A stretch of DNA of 64,000 nt from Pedobacter sp. (GCA_050253415.1 JBFWJC010000001.1:1256679-1320678), one strand, 5' to 3'. Shown: positions 19,442-33,189, counted from the stretch's first letter. Notes: generated from the sequence alone by a model not told the origin. Program-made: numbers and translations.

Positions 19442-19459
19442 TAAAGGGTGAAGGACGTT

Positions 19460-20968
19460 ATGGACATCAAAGCAGAAGAAATCTGCTCCATCATCGAGCA
19501 GCAGATTGAAAACTTCGACCGCGAGATCGAAATCAGCGAAACGGGCACCATTATCTCCGTTGGCGACGGTATTGCCCGCATCCACGGCCTGACTCGGGCC
19601 ATGGCCGGCGAACTGCTGGAGTTTCCTGGCGACGTCATCGGTATGGTGCTCAACCTCGAAGAAGATAATGTCGGGGCCGCAATTTTGGGCGAAGCCCATC
19701 ATATCAAGGAAGGCGACAGCGTGCGGCGCACCGGCCGTATCGTCGAAGTACCCGTCGGCGAGGCGCTCATCGGGCGCGTGGTCAACGGCATCGGTGAGCC
19801 TATTGATGGACTCGGCGAGTTACTGGGCGCCGAGGCGCGGCAGGTCGAAGTCAAGGCACCCGGCATCGTCACCCGTAAATCGGTCAACCAGCCGGTGCAG
19901 ACCGGTCTCAAAGCCATCGACGCCCTGGTGCCCATCGGCCGAGGCCAGCGCGAACTGATCATCGGCGATCGGCAGACCGGCAAGACCGCGTTGGCCATCG
20001 ACACCATTATTAATCAAAAAGGCCAGGATATGGTCTGCATCTACGTCGCCATCGGACAGAAACAGTCGACAGTGGCGCAGGTGGTGGACAAACTCAAGCA
20101 GCACGGTGCCATGGAGTACACCATTGTCGTGTCGGCCGGTGCCAGTGAGCCGGCACCGCTGCAGTTCATTGCCCCCTATGCCGGGGTGACGATGGGTGAA
20201 TTTTTCCGCGACAGCGGCCGCCACGCTCTGATCGTTTACGACGATCTTTCCAAGCATGCCGTCGCGTATCGACAGTTGTCCTTGCTGCTGCGGCGTCCGC
20301 CCGGCCGCGAAGCCTTTCCCGGTGACGTCTTCTACCTGCACAGCCGTCTGTTGGAGCGGGCTGCCAAGCTCAACGACGAACTTGGTGGCGGCAGCCTCAC
20401 CGCCCTGCCGATCATTGAGACTCAGGCTGGCGATTTGTCCGCCTACATCCCGACCAACGTCATTTCCATCACCGACGGTCAGATCTTCTTGGAAGCCGAC
20501 CTGTTCTACTCCGGGGTGCGCCCCGCCATCAACGTTGGCCTGTCGGTCTCCCGCGTCGGTGGCAGCGCCCAGGTCAAAGCCATGAAACAGGTGGCCGGTA
20601 CCCTGCGCCTGGCGCTGGCCCAGTACCGGGAGATGGCTGCGTTTGCCCAGTTCGGCTCCGATCTCGACGCCGCCACGCAGAAACAGCTGGCACGCGGCGC
20701 GCGTCTGGTGGAAATCCTCAAGCAGCCCCAGTATCGGCCGCTGCCGGTGGAAAAGCAGATCATGCTGATCTATGCCGCCAACAATGGCTACGTTGACGAG
20801 TACCCGATCAATGCCCTGCGACGCTACGAAGACGAGCTGTACAGCTATCTCGAGCACAGCCATGGCGACCTGCTCAAGGATCTGGCCGAGAAAAAAGCCA
20901 TCGACAGCGATCTCGACGGCCGCATCAAAGCCACCCTCAAGGCGTTCGGGGAACAGTTCACGGCGTAA
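19460..20968 (+). CDS. atpA: ATP synthase F1 alpha
   Basis: GDRQTGKT and [22 protein letters not shown]. Confidence 0.98.
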   Translation: MDIKAEEICSIIEQQIENFDREIEISETGTIISVGDGIARIHGLTRAMAGELLEFPGDVIGMVLNLEEDNVGAAILGEAHHIKEGDSVRRTGRIVEVPVGEALIGRVVNGIGEPIDGLGELLGAEARQVEVKAPGIVTRKSVNQPVQTGLKAIDALVPIGRGQRELIIGDRQTGKTALAIDTIINQKGQDMVCIYVAIGQKQSTVAQVVDKLKQHGAMEYTIVVSAGASEPAPLQFIAPYAGVTMGEFFRDSGRHALIVYDDLSKHAVAYRQLSLLLRRPPGREAFPGDVFYLHSRLLERAAKLNDELGGGSLTALPIIETQAGDLSAYIPTNVISITDGQIFLEADLFYSGVRPAINVGLSVSRVGGSAQVKAMKQVAGTLRLALAQYREMAAFAQFGSDLDAATQKQLARGARLVEILKQPQYRPLPVEKQIMLIYAANNGYVDEYPINALRRYEDELYSYLEHSHGDLLKDLAEKKAIDSDLDGRIKATLKAFGEQFTA

Positions 20969-20969
20969 A

Positions 20970-21110
20970 AGCAGTTGCAAGTTAAGGGAAGCTGTAAGCT
21001 TTAAGTTTCAAGCTGTAAGTAAAGTCAAAGGCGAAAGACTCAAATAGTTGCTTTTGTGCTTGATCGATCCAGCTTTAAGCAACATGTTTTACAGCTTGCG
21101 ACTCTTCTTT
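20970..21110. repeat. Degenerate heptamer repeats (AAGCTGT/AAGCTTT/AAGTTTC) with an inverted distal arm
   Basis: aagctgt aagcttt aagtttc aagctgt, then ttacagcttg further downstream. Confidence 0.6.
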
Positions 21111-21127
21111 CGCAGAAAGAAAGAATA

Positions 21128-23454
<2,327 letters not shown>

Positions 23455-23462
23455 AAAAATAA

Positions 23463-23557
23463 TTTACCGCGGAGATCGCTGAGGCCGCAAAGGAAGTCAA
23501 GAGACTACAAAACGCCTTTTTCGTTTTCTCCGCGCGCTTTGCGGGCTCTGCGGTAAA
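23463..23557. repeat. Palindromic 9-mer-type repeat hairpin in the atpD-atpC spacer
   Basis: TTTACCGCGGAGATCGCTGAGGCCGCAAAG ... CTTTGCGGGCTCTGCGGTAAA. Confidence 0.65.
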
Positions 23558-23585
23558 CAAGTTTTTCAGAAAAGGAAAGCCATTT

Positions 23586-24002
23586 ATGGCGCAGAAACTG
23601 AAACTGGAAATCGTGACACCGGCCAGCCAGGTGCTCAGTGAAGAGGTCGATGAGATCACCGCGCCGGGCAGCAATGGGCAGTTCGGAGTGTTACCCGGGC
23701 ATACACCCTTGCTGACCACTCTGGAGGTGGGGGAGTTCAGTTACCGCAAAGGCAGTGACGTATATTATCTGGCGGTGAACTGGGGGTATGTGGAAGTTGC
23801 CGATGACCGGGTGCTGGTGCTGGTGGAAACCGCCGAATCTCAAGATCACATCGACCTGGCACGGGCCAAGGAAGCTCTGGGCCGGGCCGAGGCCAAGCTC
23901 AAGGAATTGAATCCTGCGGATAAGGAATACCGTATCCTGCAGGGCGCCTTGCAACGGGCCCTGGTACGTATTCAGGTTGGATCCCGTGGCAGTCGGCATT
24001 AA
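23586..24002 (+). CDS. atpC: ATP synthase F1 epsilon
   Basis: LEIVTP, GQFGVLPGHTP and a C-terminal helical hairpin. Confidence 0.96.
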   Translation: MAQKLKLEIVTPASQVLSEEVDEITAPGSNGQFGVLPGHTPLLTTLEVGEFSYRKGSDVYYLAVNWGYVEVADDRVLVLVETAESQDHIDLARAKEALGRAEAKLKELNPADKEYRILQGALQRALVRIQVGSRGSRH

Positions 24003-24038
24003 TCTGAAAGACAACTCGAACTCTTCGGGACGGACGAA

Positions 24039-24743
24039 ATGACGCATCCCTTTATTTTTCTTAAATGGTTGATCGAAAAGCTTCATGTCGGGTTTACCCT
24101 CGAGGAGTTGGAGCTGTACGGTTTTTTTCAACATGTGACTCATACCTGGCTGGTGATGGCCATCCTGGTTGGGGTGGGGCTGTTGGCCGCTCGCAAACCC
24201 AGCCTGATTCCCTCGGGTGCGCAGAATCTGATGGAAGTGTTGGTCGTCGAAATCCAGCGCATGGTTCGTGAAACCATGGGACCCAAGGGGATGGCTTATT
24301 TTCCCCTGATTGCCACTTTGACCCTTTTTATTCTGGTGTCCAATCTTTTGGGCTTGATACCGGGTTTTGCACCGCCTACCGCCAGTCTCAACACCAATGC
24401 CGCGTTGGCTGTGACCGTTTTTGCCATGACGCACATCGTCGGTCTGCGAGAACATGGTCTGAAATATCTCAAACACTTCGTGGGACCGGTCTGGTGGTTG
24501 GCTCCTCTTATCCTGCCGATTGAAATTATCGGGCATCTGGCGCGCCCCTTGTCCCTAACGCTACGTTTGTTTGGCAACATGTACGGCCACGAAATCGTAC
24601 TTATGATTTTCTTTACCTTGGTTCCGCTGCTGTTGCCTATTCCGATGATGATTATGGGGATTCTGGTTGCCTTTATTCAGACCTTCGTTTTTATGTTGTT
24701 ATCCATGATCTATATCGCAGGGGCCTTGGAAGAGGCACACTAA
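24039..24743 (+). CDS. atpB: ATP synthase Fo subunit a
   Basis: [21 protein letters not shown] and IQTFVF. Confidence 0.96.
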   Translation: MTHPFIFLKWLIEKLHVGFTLEELELYGFFQHVTHTWLVMAILVGVGLLAARKPSLIPSGAQNLMEVLVVEIQRMVRETMGPKGMAYFPLIATLTLFILVSNLLGLIPGFAPPTASLNTNAALAVTVFAMTHIVGLREHGLKYLKHFVGPVWWLAPLILPIEIIGHLARPLSLTLRLFGNMYGHEIVLMIFFTLVPLLLPIPMMIMGILVAFIQTFVFMLLSMIYIAGALEEAH

Positions 24744-24856
24744 CGACATTTGAGATCTATGTTTAAGGCGTCAAGCTATACGCCTTTCAATCGGTTGAAA
24801 ACTTTTTAAAGACGGTCTGACGACCGCCGCATCAAGCAAACACAAGGAGAATTACA

Positions 24857-25123
24857 ATGGATTTTTTCACCTGGGTTATGATTACCGCTGGCTTTGGTAT
24901 GGCCATTGGATCGATGGGAACCGCTATTGGACAAGGCTTGGCCGTTAAGAGTGCTTTGGAAGGCGTAGCCCGGAATCCTGGCGCAAGCGGCAAGATTCTG
25001 ACAACCATGATGATTGGTCTCGCTATGATCGAGTCCCTGGCTATCTACGTATTCGTTGTGGCCATGATCATCCTGTTTGCCAATCCGTTCAAAGACGTGG
25101 TACTGGAACTGCTGGCCAAGTAA
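24857..25123 (+). CDS. atpE: ATP synthase Fo subunit c
   Basis: Two TM helices with IGQG, ARNP and IESLAIY. Confidence 0.96.
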   Translation: MDFFTWVMITAGFGMAIGSMGTAIGQGLAVKSALEGVARNPGASGKILTTMMIGLAMIESLAIYVFVVAMIILFANPFKDVVLELLAK

Positions 25124-25643
25124 TTAGGCCATGTTCCACCCGGTCTTCGATCCTGCCACCCGGAACGGGAGGGGGGATGGTGACGGCGCCTCCGATCCTC
25201 CCGCCGTTCCGGGTTGGTCAGGTATTATACCCGATCGCGCTTTAAGATTGTCAAACGCCGGTTTTCTCTTTGCGAGAAGCCGGCGTTTTTTTTGCAACAT
25301 CGTCTCGTCGAAACTTTCTTTGAATTTAATTCCGTGTTCTTCAACAAGTGGCTATCTCGCCCGTTCAATTAAGAAGCATCCATTGAGGCATGAAGCCTGA
25401 TTCCGAGTCATCAAGAAGGCGAAATGTGAGTTGTCTTAGCCTTGTCTTGCTGTTTGAATAATGGTTAGTTGTTTGCTCATCCGTACTTTTCGGTGAAAGC
25501 CGTTCTAAAAAGGAACCTTTCATGCTCTGTTTGCCATGTAACCGACGGGTGTTAATCTTTACAGGTAAAGGGCTCATCTAATTCTTGATTTGATCAGCAG
25601 GATGCTCGTTACTGGAAGGTATGATCGGGAGAGGTAGGTTATC

Positions 25644-25874
25644 ATGTGGTATTTTTTCAGTACTGTGGGTACTTTTATTATCGCCATCGAGCCTTCCGGG
25701 GAGTTTGGTCTCTGGATAGATACGGATAAACTGGCGATTTTTCCCTGTCCGGAAGATGCTGTTGAGTCGGTTAGATGTCAAAAAACCGGATATGCCCCAT
25801 GGGACGAACTTAAGGACGCAAACCCTCCAGAAGACCTGGCTGGGTGGATGGTTATGCCGGGTACGGCACTGTGA
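25644..25874 (+). CDS. Small hypothetical protein
   Basis: 76-aa ORF with a GAGAGG RBS, upstream of pirin. Confidence 0.55.
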   Translation: MWYFFSTVGTFIIAIEPSGEFGLWIDTDKLAIFPCPEDAVESVRCQKTGYAPWDELKDANPPEDLAGWMVMPGTAL

Positions 25875-25926
25875 ACCCGTATGTCTGATTGCGGCCGTTA
25901 TGTGATGTCTGTAGGCCGCGGAAAGG

Positions 25927-26688
25927 ATGGCCAGCATGATCGATATTATTCGGGCGAGCGAACGTCATTTTTCGGATTTCGATTGGTTGCAGACCTACTG
26001 GTTGTTTTCCTTTTCGAGTTATTACGATCCGCACAATATCCAGTTCGGGGCACTGCGGGTGTTCAACGACGATGTTGTGCAGCCGGGGAGGGGGTTCCCA
26101 ACCCATCCGCATGAGGAAATGGAGATCGTCACCATTGTGCTTGATGGGGAAATGACCCACGAGGACAGTATGGGGAATAAAACGGTGATCCGGGCAGGAG
26201 ATGTGCAACGCATGAGTGCCGGTACGGGTTTGACGCATTCGGAGTTCAATCGCGCCGACAAGCCGGTTCATTTTTATCAGATTTGGATTTTTCCGGATAC
26301 AGCGGGGCTAAAGCCGAGTTACGATCAACGACACTTCGAGCCTGATCAGTGGCAGGATCGGTTGTTGGCTGTGGCCTCCGGGCAGGGCATGGAGGGCGCA
26401 GTGACCTTTCACACCGATGCCACCATTTACCGTTGCAGCCTCGATGAAGGCAAGACAGTCGCCCTGAATGACATACAGGGCCGCAGAATTTTTGTTTATC
26501 TCACCGACGGTCGATTGGTGGTCCACGGTCATGTCATTGAAAAGAACGACCAGGTGCGCATCGATAAGGATGATCCATTGGTGCTGAAGGCGTTAACTCC
26601 AACACAGTTTATCGTTGTCGATGTCCCGTCATGCAAAGGTTATGGCTACGACACCCAAACACTTCGTGGCGCACGCGATACCGCTTAG
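25927..26688 (+). CDS. Pirin family protein (YhhW-like)
   Basis: FGALRVFNDD, GFPTHPHEEMEI, MSAGTGLTHSE and QIWI. Confidence 0.93.
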   Translation: MASMIDIIRASERHFSDFDWLQTYWLFSFSSYYDPHNIQFGALRVFNDDVVQPGRGFPTHPHEEMEIVTIVLDGEMTHEDSMGNKTVIRAGDVQRMSAGTGLTHSEFNRADKPVHFYQIWIFPDTAGLKPSYDQRHFEPDQWQDRLLAVASGQGMEGAVTFHTDATIYRCSLDEGKTVALNDIQGRRIFVYLTDGRLVVHGHVIEKNDQVRIDKDDPLVLKALTPTQFIVVDVPSCKGYGYDTQTLRGARDTA

Positions 26689-26931
26689 ACTGCATGTTAC
26701 GCTATCGGAGCGTTCTTGTGGGCCGTCTTGTGGCGTTTACGTAGCCCCTGTGCGTTTCTATGGACTGCATCTATTTGCTGGAACTTTCCCCCCTCATTGA
26801 TCTAAACTTCATCCTTATTAAAATGCGTTCTTGCGTGCCTGGCCGAATTTTCCGTACTTCTGTGCGGGGGCAAAGTTTGCTCCCTTTTTGTATCGGTTGG
26901 GGAATAGACAACTCGCTTTGAGGTAAACGTA

Positions 26932-29565
26932 ATGCGTAAAGACAGTTTCATCATCGCTATCACGGTTGCGGTTCTGACAATTATGTTTTGGGCGTTGATT
27001 AATCGTCCGGAAACGGAGCCGGCATGGCCGTCGACCATACAGGGGTTTTCCTTTGCGCCTTATCACGAAGGACAGTCGGCGATTGACCGCATCTATCCCA
27101 GTCGGGAACAGATTGATGCGGATCTGGCCCTGCTCGCCGGTCTTACTTACGCGGTGCGTACTTACAGTGTGGATGGTACTCTGGGGGATATCCCCGAGTT
27201 GGCTCGCAAGCATAAGATCAATGTCGCTTTGGGCGCATGGCTTGACGAGGACCGCGACAGGAACGCGCAGGAAGTGGACCGCCTGCTGGAGGTAGTCTCC
27301 CGGGCGCGCAATGTGGTGCGCATCATTGTTGGCAACGAGGTGCTGCTACGCGAAAACCTTTCCGTGCCGGAAATGATCGCTCACCTGGACCGCGTCCGTG
27401 CTGCGGTTGATATCCCGGTGAGTACGGCGGAACCCTGGCATGTCTGGATCGACCACCCGGAACTGGTCGATCATGTGGACTATATCGCCGTACACATGCT
27501 GCCGTTCTGGGAGGGGGTGTCTCTCGATAATGCGATCGACTACGTGGTTGAGCGCATGGACGACCTCAAACGCCATTTTCCCGGCAAGCGCATTGTTATC
27601 TCCGAGGTGGGCTGGCCGAGCAACGGTCGCACCATAAAACATGCAGTCGCTTCCAGAGCCAACGAAGCGACGTTTCTGCGTCGGTTCCTCGACCGTGCGG
27701 CAAAGGAAGATTATGTCTATTATGTGATGGAGGCTTTCGATCAACCCTGGAAACAGGAATCGGAAGGATCCGTCGGGGCCTACTGGGGTGTGTATAACGC
27801 CCAGCGGGAGCCTAAATTCACCTTTGATAAACCGATAGTCAAGATCCCCGAGTGGCCGGTTCTGGCGGCGATCTCCGTGGTCGCGGCGCTGATCACCTTT
27901 GCCCTGCTGCTCATAGATAGCCGGCGTCTGCGCAAACGCGGCCGAAGCTTTTTGGCGGTGATTGCCTACATGGCAGCTACTGCGGTGGTGTGGATTGTCT
28001 ACGACTACACTAACCAGTACCTGACGCTGGCCAATGTTGTGGTAGGGGTGCTGCTGATTTTCGGTATGATCGGTGTCATCGTCGTGCTGCTGGCGGAGGC
28101 CCATGAATGGGCCGAAGCTCTGTGGCTGCGCGAGCACCGGCGACTGTTCGTACCGCAAGAGGTTGCGGACGAAAAGCTGCCCATGGTTTCCATTCATGTG
28201 CCGGCATATAACGAACCACCCGAAATGATGATCGAGACCTTGGATGCGCTTGCAGCCCTCGATTACCCTTGTTTTGAAGTTTTGGTCATCGACAATAACA
28301 CGAAAGACCCCGCCATATGGCAACCCGTCGAAGCTCACTGCGCCAAGCTCGGCCCACGTTTTCGCTTTTTTCATAAAGCTCCTTTGGAGGGGTTCAAAGC
28401 CGGGGCTCTTAATTTTGCCTTGCAACAAACCGCAGAGCACGCCGAGATCGTGGCGGTTATCGACAGCGACTACCAAGTACATACCAGGTGGCTGCGCGAT
28501 CTGTGTCCGCAATTTCTCAATCCTGAAATCGCCATCGTCCAGGCTCCCCAAGATTACCGGGATACCCGGGAAAATGCCTTTAAGGCCATGGCTTATGCAG
28601 AATACCGTGGATTTTTCTACATCGGCATGATCGTCCGCAACGAACGCAATGCGATTATCCAGCACGGCACCATGACCATGGTGCGCCGCAAGGTGCTGGA
28701 GCAGGTGGGTGGTTGGGCCCAGTGGTGCATTACCGAAGATGCGGAACTGGGGCTGCGGATTTTCGAGGCGGGGCTCTCTGCAACCTATATTCCTCAAAGT
28801 TACGGCCGCGGCCTGATGCCCGATACGTTTATCGATTACAAAAAACAGCGTTTTCGCTGGGCCTATGGTTCGGTGCAGATTATGCGCCGGCATGTCCGCA
28901 CGCTGTTGTTCGGTAGTCGGGGGCAATTGACCGTCGGGCAGCGGTATCACTTTTTAGCTGGCTGGTTACCTTGGCTGGCAGATGGGATTAATGTCATTTT
29001 CAACCTCGCGGCTTTGTTCTGGTCAGCTGCCATGCTGTTGGCCCCCACCAAGGTGGCACCGCCACTTCTGGTGTTTGCCTTGTTGCCGCTGGCATTATTT
29101 GTATTCAAGGTGGGGAAACTGGTTTATTTGTACGAAACGCGCGTTGGTGCCACCAGTATCCAGACTCTGGCCGCAGCTTTTGCCGGTTTGGCCCTCTCTC
29201 ATACCATCGGGATCGCCATGCTCACCGGCTTTGTTAAAACCGGCCTGCCTTTTTTCCGCACCCCTAAGCAGGCCAGCAAACAGGCGTTGTTCAAGGCTCT
29301 GCAGGCTGCCCGGGAAGAGACCTTGTTTCTTGTTGGGCTTTGCCTGGCATCTTTGGCCATTATTGCCAGGATTGGCGTTGAATCGCTGGATCTTCTGGTA
29401 TGGTGCATTATGTTGTTGATACAGGGGGTCCCCTATGCCGCGGCCCTGGCCGTGTCCATCCTCAGTGCCTTCCCCCGGTTGCCGGCAGGTTTTATCGGCG
29501 AGACAGGCAGCATGAAGTCTGCTGCTCAAGCTGTTTTGGGGCAGAAGGCCGAGTCGCAGGATTGA
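26932..29565 (+). CDS. GH17-GT2 fusion, NdvB-like cyclic beta-1,3-glucan synthase
   Basis: Periplasmic GH17 domain (VGNEVLLR, SEVGWPS, EAFDQPWK). Membrane GT2 domain (PAYNEP, KAGALN, DSD, TEDAELG, QRFRW). Confidence 0.88.
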   Translation: MRKDSFIIAITVAVLTIMFWALINRPETEPAWPSTIQGFSFAPYHEGQSAIDRIYPSREQIDADLALLAGLTYAVRTYSVDGTLGDIPELARKHKINVALGAWLDEDRDRNAQEVDRLLEVVSRARNVVRIIVGNEVLLRENLSVPEMIAHLDRVRAAVDIPVSTAEPWHVWIDHPELVDHVDYIAVHMLPFWEGVSLDNAIDYVVERMDDLKRHFPGKRIVISEVGWPSNGRTIKHAVASRANEATFLRRFLDRAAKEDYVYYVMEAFDQPWKQESEGSVGAYWGVYNAQREPKFTFDKPIVKIPEWPVLAAISVVAALITFALLLIDSRRLRKRGRSFLAVIAYMAATAVVWIVYDYTNQYLTLANVVVGVLLIFGMIGVIVVLLAEAHEWAEALWLREHRRLFVPQEVADEKLPMVSIHVPAYNEPPEMMIETLDALAALDYPCFEVLVIDNNTKDPAIWQPVEAHCAKLGPRFRFFHKAPLEGFKAGALNFALQQTAEHAEIVAVIDSDYQVHTRWLRDLCPQFLNPEIAIVQAPQDYRDTRENAFKAMAYAEYRGFFYIGMIVRNERNAIIQHGTMTMVRRKVLEQVGGWAQWCITEDAELGLRIFEAGLSATYIPQSYGRGLMPDTFIDYKKQRFRWAYGSVQIMRRHVRTLLFGSRGQLTVGQRYHFLAGWLPWLADGINVIFNLAALFWSAAMLLAPTKVAPPLLVFALLPLALFVFKVGKLVYLYETRVGATSIQTLAAAFAGLALSHTIGIAMLTGFVKTGLPFFRTPKQASKQALFKALQAAREETLFLVGLCLASLAIIARIGVESLDLLVWCIMLLIQGVPYAAALAVSILSAFPRLPAGFIGETGSMKSAAQAVLGQKAESQD

Positions 29566-29788
29566 TGGTTTGATGATGGCGGATTTATTGCTATGTTCGG
29601 CATTGAAAGCGGGTCATTAAGCGAAAAAAGCAACCAATTTGGTTGTGTTTTTAGTCTCACGAGTAAACCACAACAGGATATGCTCAATCATCCAACATAT
29701 AAGAACGGCGCAACCTGGTTTTTGGGTTGCGCCGTTCTGCGTCTTATATATGGGACGGATTCAACTAGCAAGTGCAACGGATGACTTG

Positions 29789-30190
29789 CTAGTTGAATCC
29801 GTCATGTGTTTCTTCCGGAGATTGATAGACTTTACGGCCGACGTGAAAGGTCAGTAGCCACTCATCCTGCAGTTCCCTGTAAGTACACGCCTTGACATTA
29901 GGGTGCAGGAATAACATTTCGCACCAGTTTGCCGGTACCTTAATCACATCGACAACACTGCTGAAGGGATAATCGAAGACCCCGTAGACATCCACGGTCA
30001 CTCTTTGGTCCTGCCCTACCACCCCGCCTGCAATGAAGGCCGGCCTTGCTGGCTCCACATTATGTCCATGTGTAGCCCTGCCCCTTCTCTGCTTCCTTGG
30101 CGATTGCGGGAAAAAATAAGATAGCCCCATTTGCAGCAATAAGCAGCACCATTATCAGAAGAATTGTCTGCCTGGGGTCTTTCAATATGG
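29789..30190 (-). pseudogene. Fragmented and truncated exported hypothetical protein
   Basis: A signal-peptide-like segment (30060-30248 frame) and a separate frame containing DVYGVFDYPF..PANWCEMLFLHPNVKAC. Ends abruptly. Confidence 0.4.
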
Positions 30191-30210
30191 TGGATTTCGT
30201 CTCAATTGGC

Positions 30211-31569
30211 TCAATCAAGGTCGCCGCAGAACCCGAAGTGCTCCTCAAGGGCCTGGAAAACCGCTAGATAGCGTTGATGCACGTCCCGGCGGTCCTCCTC
30301 GGCGGGGAGGCCGTCGCGACTGCCGCGTTCGATCATCGCCGCCTGGCGCGCCAGGGCGCGGCGTTGCTCTTCTCTGCAGGTGACGGACAGGAGGGTGGCA
30401 AGCATCTCCAGCAAGCGGATGGTGACCGCAACGTCGCGTCGCCCGTGCTGGCGAATCTGATCCACGGCAGCGGACAGGGCTCCGTCGAAGGTCTGCGGGT
30501 GGGTAATCAGCCGCAGCCGGTCTTCGGCGTCGAAGTGCCATGGGACCGGCAGGCGGCGGCGGGCTAGATTTGCCAGGGCCGAGCCGAGGTAATCGATGCA
30601 GTTGATGGCAGTGAAGGGATCGTTGATCCCGGGTGACAGGGCACGAACGGCGACTTCCACCAACTGGTTGATCAGGTGCTCGATGTCCTGTTCGGGGCTG
30701 CGCTTGGCGCCGACGATGAAGGCTCCCTTGACCGCATCGGCCAGCTCCGCCGGTCGAGCGCCGTCCGCGGACCAGACGTAAGCCAGTGGGGTGCCGCGGG
30801 TCACGAAATCCCCGGGGCGGAACTCCAGTCGCAGCAAAAGGTCGTGGTCGATGGCCAGCTTCAGCAGGCCGCTGATATTCACCGCCTGCAGGTAGCCGCT
30901 ACTGTGGGCACCAATCGGCCGGGCGGCGGAATCGAAATCCTCCGGCAGTTCGCCGGGGCGCAGCGCTTCCCTCCCTTTGGCCGGTAACCCGTCGTCATGC
31001 TCGGGAAAGTCTCTAACAATGGCGTGTTCGAGGTCTTCGCTGACATTGGCGATGACAGTCATCGCCTGGATCGAATCGGCCACGTGATGGATGAAGAAGA
31101 TCAGGACGGCGACGCTGAAGACCGCCAGCAGAAAACCGACCAGCAACGACAACTGGGGGACGAAACCCTCGGGCCCGCTGCCGTGGATGGTGCGCAACAC
31201 CAGCAGGCAGTAGAGGTAGGTGCCAATGAAGCTGCCGAAGACCACCTGGTTGGCCCGATCGCGCATGAAGCTGTTGAGCAGGCGGGGGCCGAATTGCTGG
31301 GAGGCCAGGGAGAGAGCGACGATGGTGATGGAGAAGACGACGCCGGTGACGGTGACCATCGCCCCGGCCACCGTCGACAGGAAGGCCCGGGCCCCTTCCG
31401 GTTCATTGCCGCCCATCCAGGCGACCCCCTTGGTCACGGTCACTTCCCAGCGACGGTCGATGCTGCCAAGGGAAATAACCAGGACGACCGCACCGAGGGC
31501 CATCAGGCCGGGAAGGAACCAATAGTTGGAGCGCAGCTTCTCCCAGAGATTGATCAATCGGGTCTTCAT
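30211..31569 (-). CDS. DUF2254-family membrane protein
   Basis: SQQFGPRLL, SGYLQ, ALSPGINDPFTA and N-terminal TM helices. Confidence 0.85.
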   Translation of the reverse strand: MKTRLINLWEKLRSNYWFLPGLMALGAVVLVISLGSIDRRWEVTVTKGVAWMGGNEPEGARAFLSTVAGAMVTVTGVVFSITIVALSLASQQFGPRLLNSFMRDRANQVVFGSFIGTYLYCLLVLRTIHGSGPEGFVPQLSLLVGFLLAVFSVAVLIFFIHHVADSIQAMTVIANVSEDLEHAIVRDFPEHDDGLPAKGREALRPGELPEDFDSAARPIGAHSSGYLQAVNISGLLKLAIDHDLLLRLEFRPGDFVTRGTPLAYVWSADGARPAELADAVKGAFIVGAKRSPEQDIEHLINQLVEVAVRALSPGINDPFTAINCIDYLGSALANLARRRLPVPWHFDAEDRLRLITHPQTFDGALSAAVDQIRQHGRRDVAVTIRLLEMLATLLSVTCREEQRRALARQAAMIERGSRDGLPAEEDRRDVHQRYLAVFQALEEHFGFCGDLD

Positions 31570-31674
31570 CGGGAGCCTTTCCTGTACCGATTCAAGAATA
31601 GCAGGAACCCTGCACGGCACCAGGCAGGGGGCCTGACGGGTAGTATTTTATCAAAAACGTGGAAGCGACTATTC

Positions 31675-33189
31675 TTATCCCCCCTGCTTGGAATCGAACA
31701 TCCCGTTCCCACTGATTTTTTCTGCGACCTTCCTGAAGTGATATCCGTAGACGGCATAGTTGATAGCCAGGGGGAAGAGCCGCGGTTTTCTCAAGAGCGA
31801 CCAGAAGAAGAGTTTCCAGAACTGGAGTCGTTCCTTGCCGATCACCCCCAGGAATAGGATCGACTTGAAAAACGCTCCGATGTGGCCTTGCTGCAGATGA
31901 AAATGTCCCTGGGGACGCGGCCGATATTCCCGAAAGAGCTGGATCACTCGTCGATAGTACTGTTTAGGGGCATAGATGGTGTCGAGGATTCTCTGGTAGC
32001 CGGCGATGAGGGCCTCGGGTTGCATGCGGGGAACGAAATTGATGTCGATGGCGGTGTTGTTACCGGAAGAGCTCTTCAGCAGTCGGCCTTCCTGTTCCAG
32101 ACGCTGGTAAAGCTTTGTGCCGCGCAGCGCAGTGAGCACTCCGACCATGGCGGTGACGATGCCGCTCTCCTGAATGAAGCGGATCTGCTTGTCGAAGATG
32201 GTGGCCGGATCGCTGTCAAAACCGACGATGAAGCCGCCATGTACCTGCAGTCCGGCCCGCTGGATGCGTTTGACGGAGGCGAGCAGGTCGCGGTTCTTAT
32301 TCTGCACCTTGCCGCTCTCGGTAAGTCCCTCCGAATGTGGCGTTTCGATGCCGATAAAGACCTCCTCGAAACCGGCGCGGACCATCAGATCCATCAACTG
32401 CGGGTCATCGGCGAGGTCGATGGACGCTTCAGTATAAAAATAGAAAGGATACTCTTTACCCTCCATCCAGTCGATGATGGCCGGCAGAACCTCGCTCTTC
32501 AGCTTTGGCTTGTCGCCGATGAAGTTGTCGTCGACGAAAAAAACGGCTCCTCGCCAGCCCCGGGCATGAAGACTCTCCAGTTCGGCAATGAGCTGGGTCT
32601 GGGGTTTGCTGCGCGGTCGGCGGCCAAACAGCGCGGTAATGTCGCAGAACTCACAATCAAAGGGGCAGCCCCGTCCATACTGGATATTCATGGCGGCGTA
32701 ATCGTTCATCTCCACAAGGTCCCAGAGGGGCGTGGGTGTTTCCTTGAGCTGCGCCCAGCCTTCGGCGGCATAGAGACGCCGGGGTGCGCCGCGCCGCAGG
32801 TCCTCCAGAAACATTGGCAGGGTGATTTCCCCTTCTCCCAGCACCAGATGGTCGACCTCGGGGAAATCGTCATGGCATGAGGTGAACAGGGGACCGCCGG
32901 CGACTGTCTTCACCCCCAGGCGCCGGCAACGCTCGATCACCTCCAGCACCGACGGTCGCTGGATGGTCATGGCACTGATGAAGACGTAATCGGCCCAGCG
33001 CAGATCCTCATCGGCAAGGGGACGCACGTTCATGTCGACCAGCTTCTTTTCCCATGGACCGGGCAGCATCGCCGCCACGGTCAAAAGCCCCAGTGGCGGG
33101 AAGCTCGCCTTCCTGTTGATGAATTTCATGGCGTTCCGGAAGCTCCAGAAGGTGTCTGGATAGTGGGGATAGACGAGGAGAATCTTCAT
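31675..33189 (-). CDS. B12-binding-domain radical SAM protein (DUF4070-type)
   Basis: PPLGLLTVAA, RGCPFDCEFC, FVDDNF and GFIVGFDSD. Confidence 0.9.
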   Translation of the reverse strand: MKILLVYPHYPDTFWSFRNAMKFINRKASFPPLGLLTVAAMLPGPWEKKLVDMNVRPLADEDLRWADYVFISAMTIQRPSVLEVIERCRRLGVKTVAGGPLFTSCHDDFPEVDHLVLGEGEITLPMFLEDLRRGAPRRLYAAEGWAQLKETPTPLWDLVEMNDYAAMNIQYGRGCPFDCEFCDITALFGRRPRSKPQTQLIAELESLHARGWRGAVFFVDDNFIGDKPKLKSEVLPAIIDWMEGKEYPFYFYTEASIDLADDPQLMDLMVRAGFEEVFIGIETPHSEGLTESGKVQNKNRDLLASVKRIQRAGLQVHGGFIVGFDSDPATIFDKQIRFIQESGIVTAMVGVLTALRGTKLYQRLEQEGRLLKSSSGNNTAIDINFVPRMQPEALIAGYQRILDTIYAPKQYYRRVIQLFREYRPRPQGHFHLQQGHIGAFFKSILFLGVIGKERLQFWKLFFWSLLRKPRLFPLAINYAVYGYHFRKVAEKISGNGMFDSKQGG

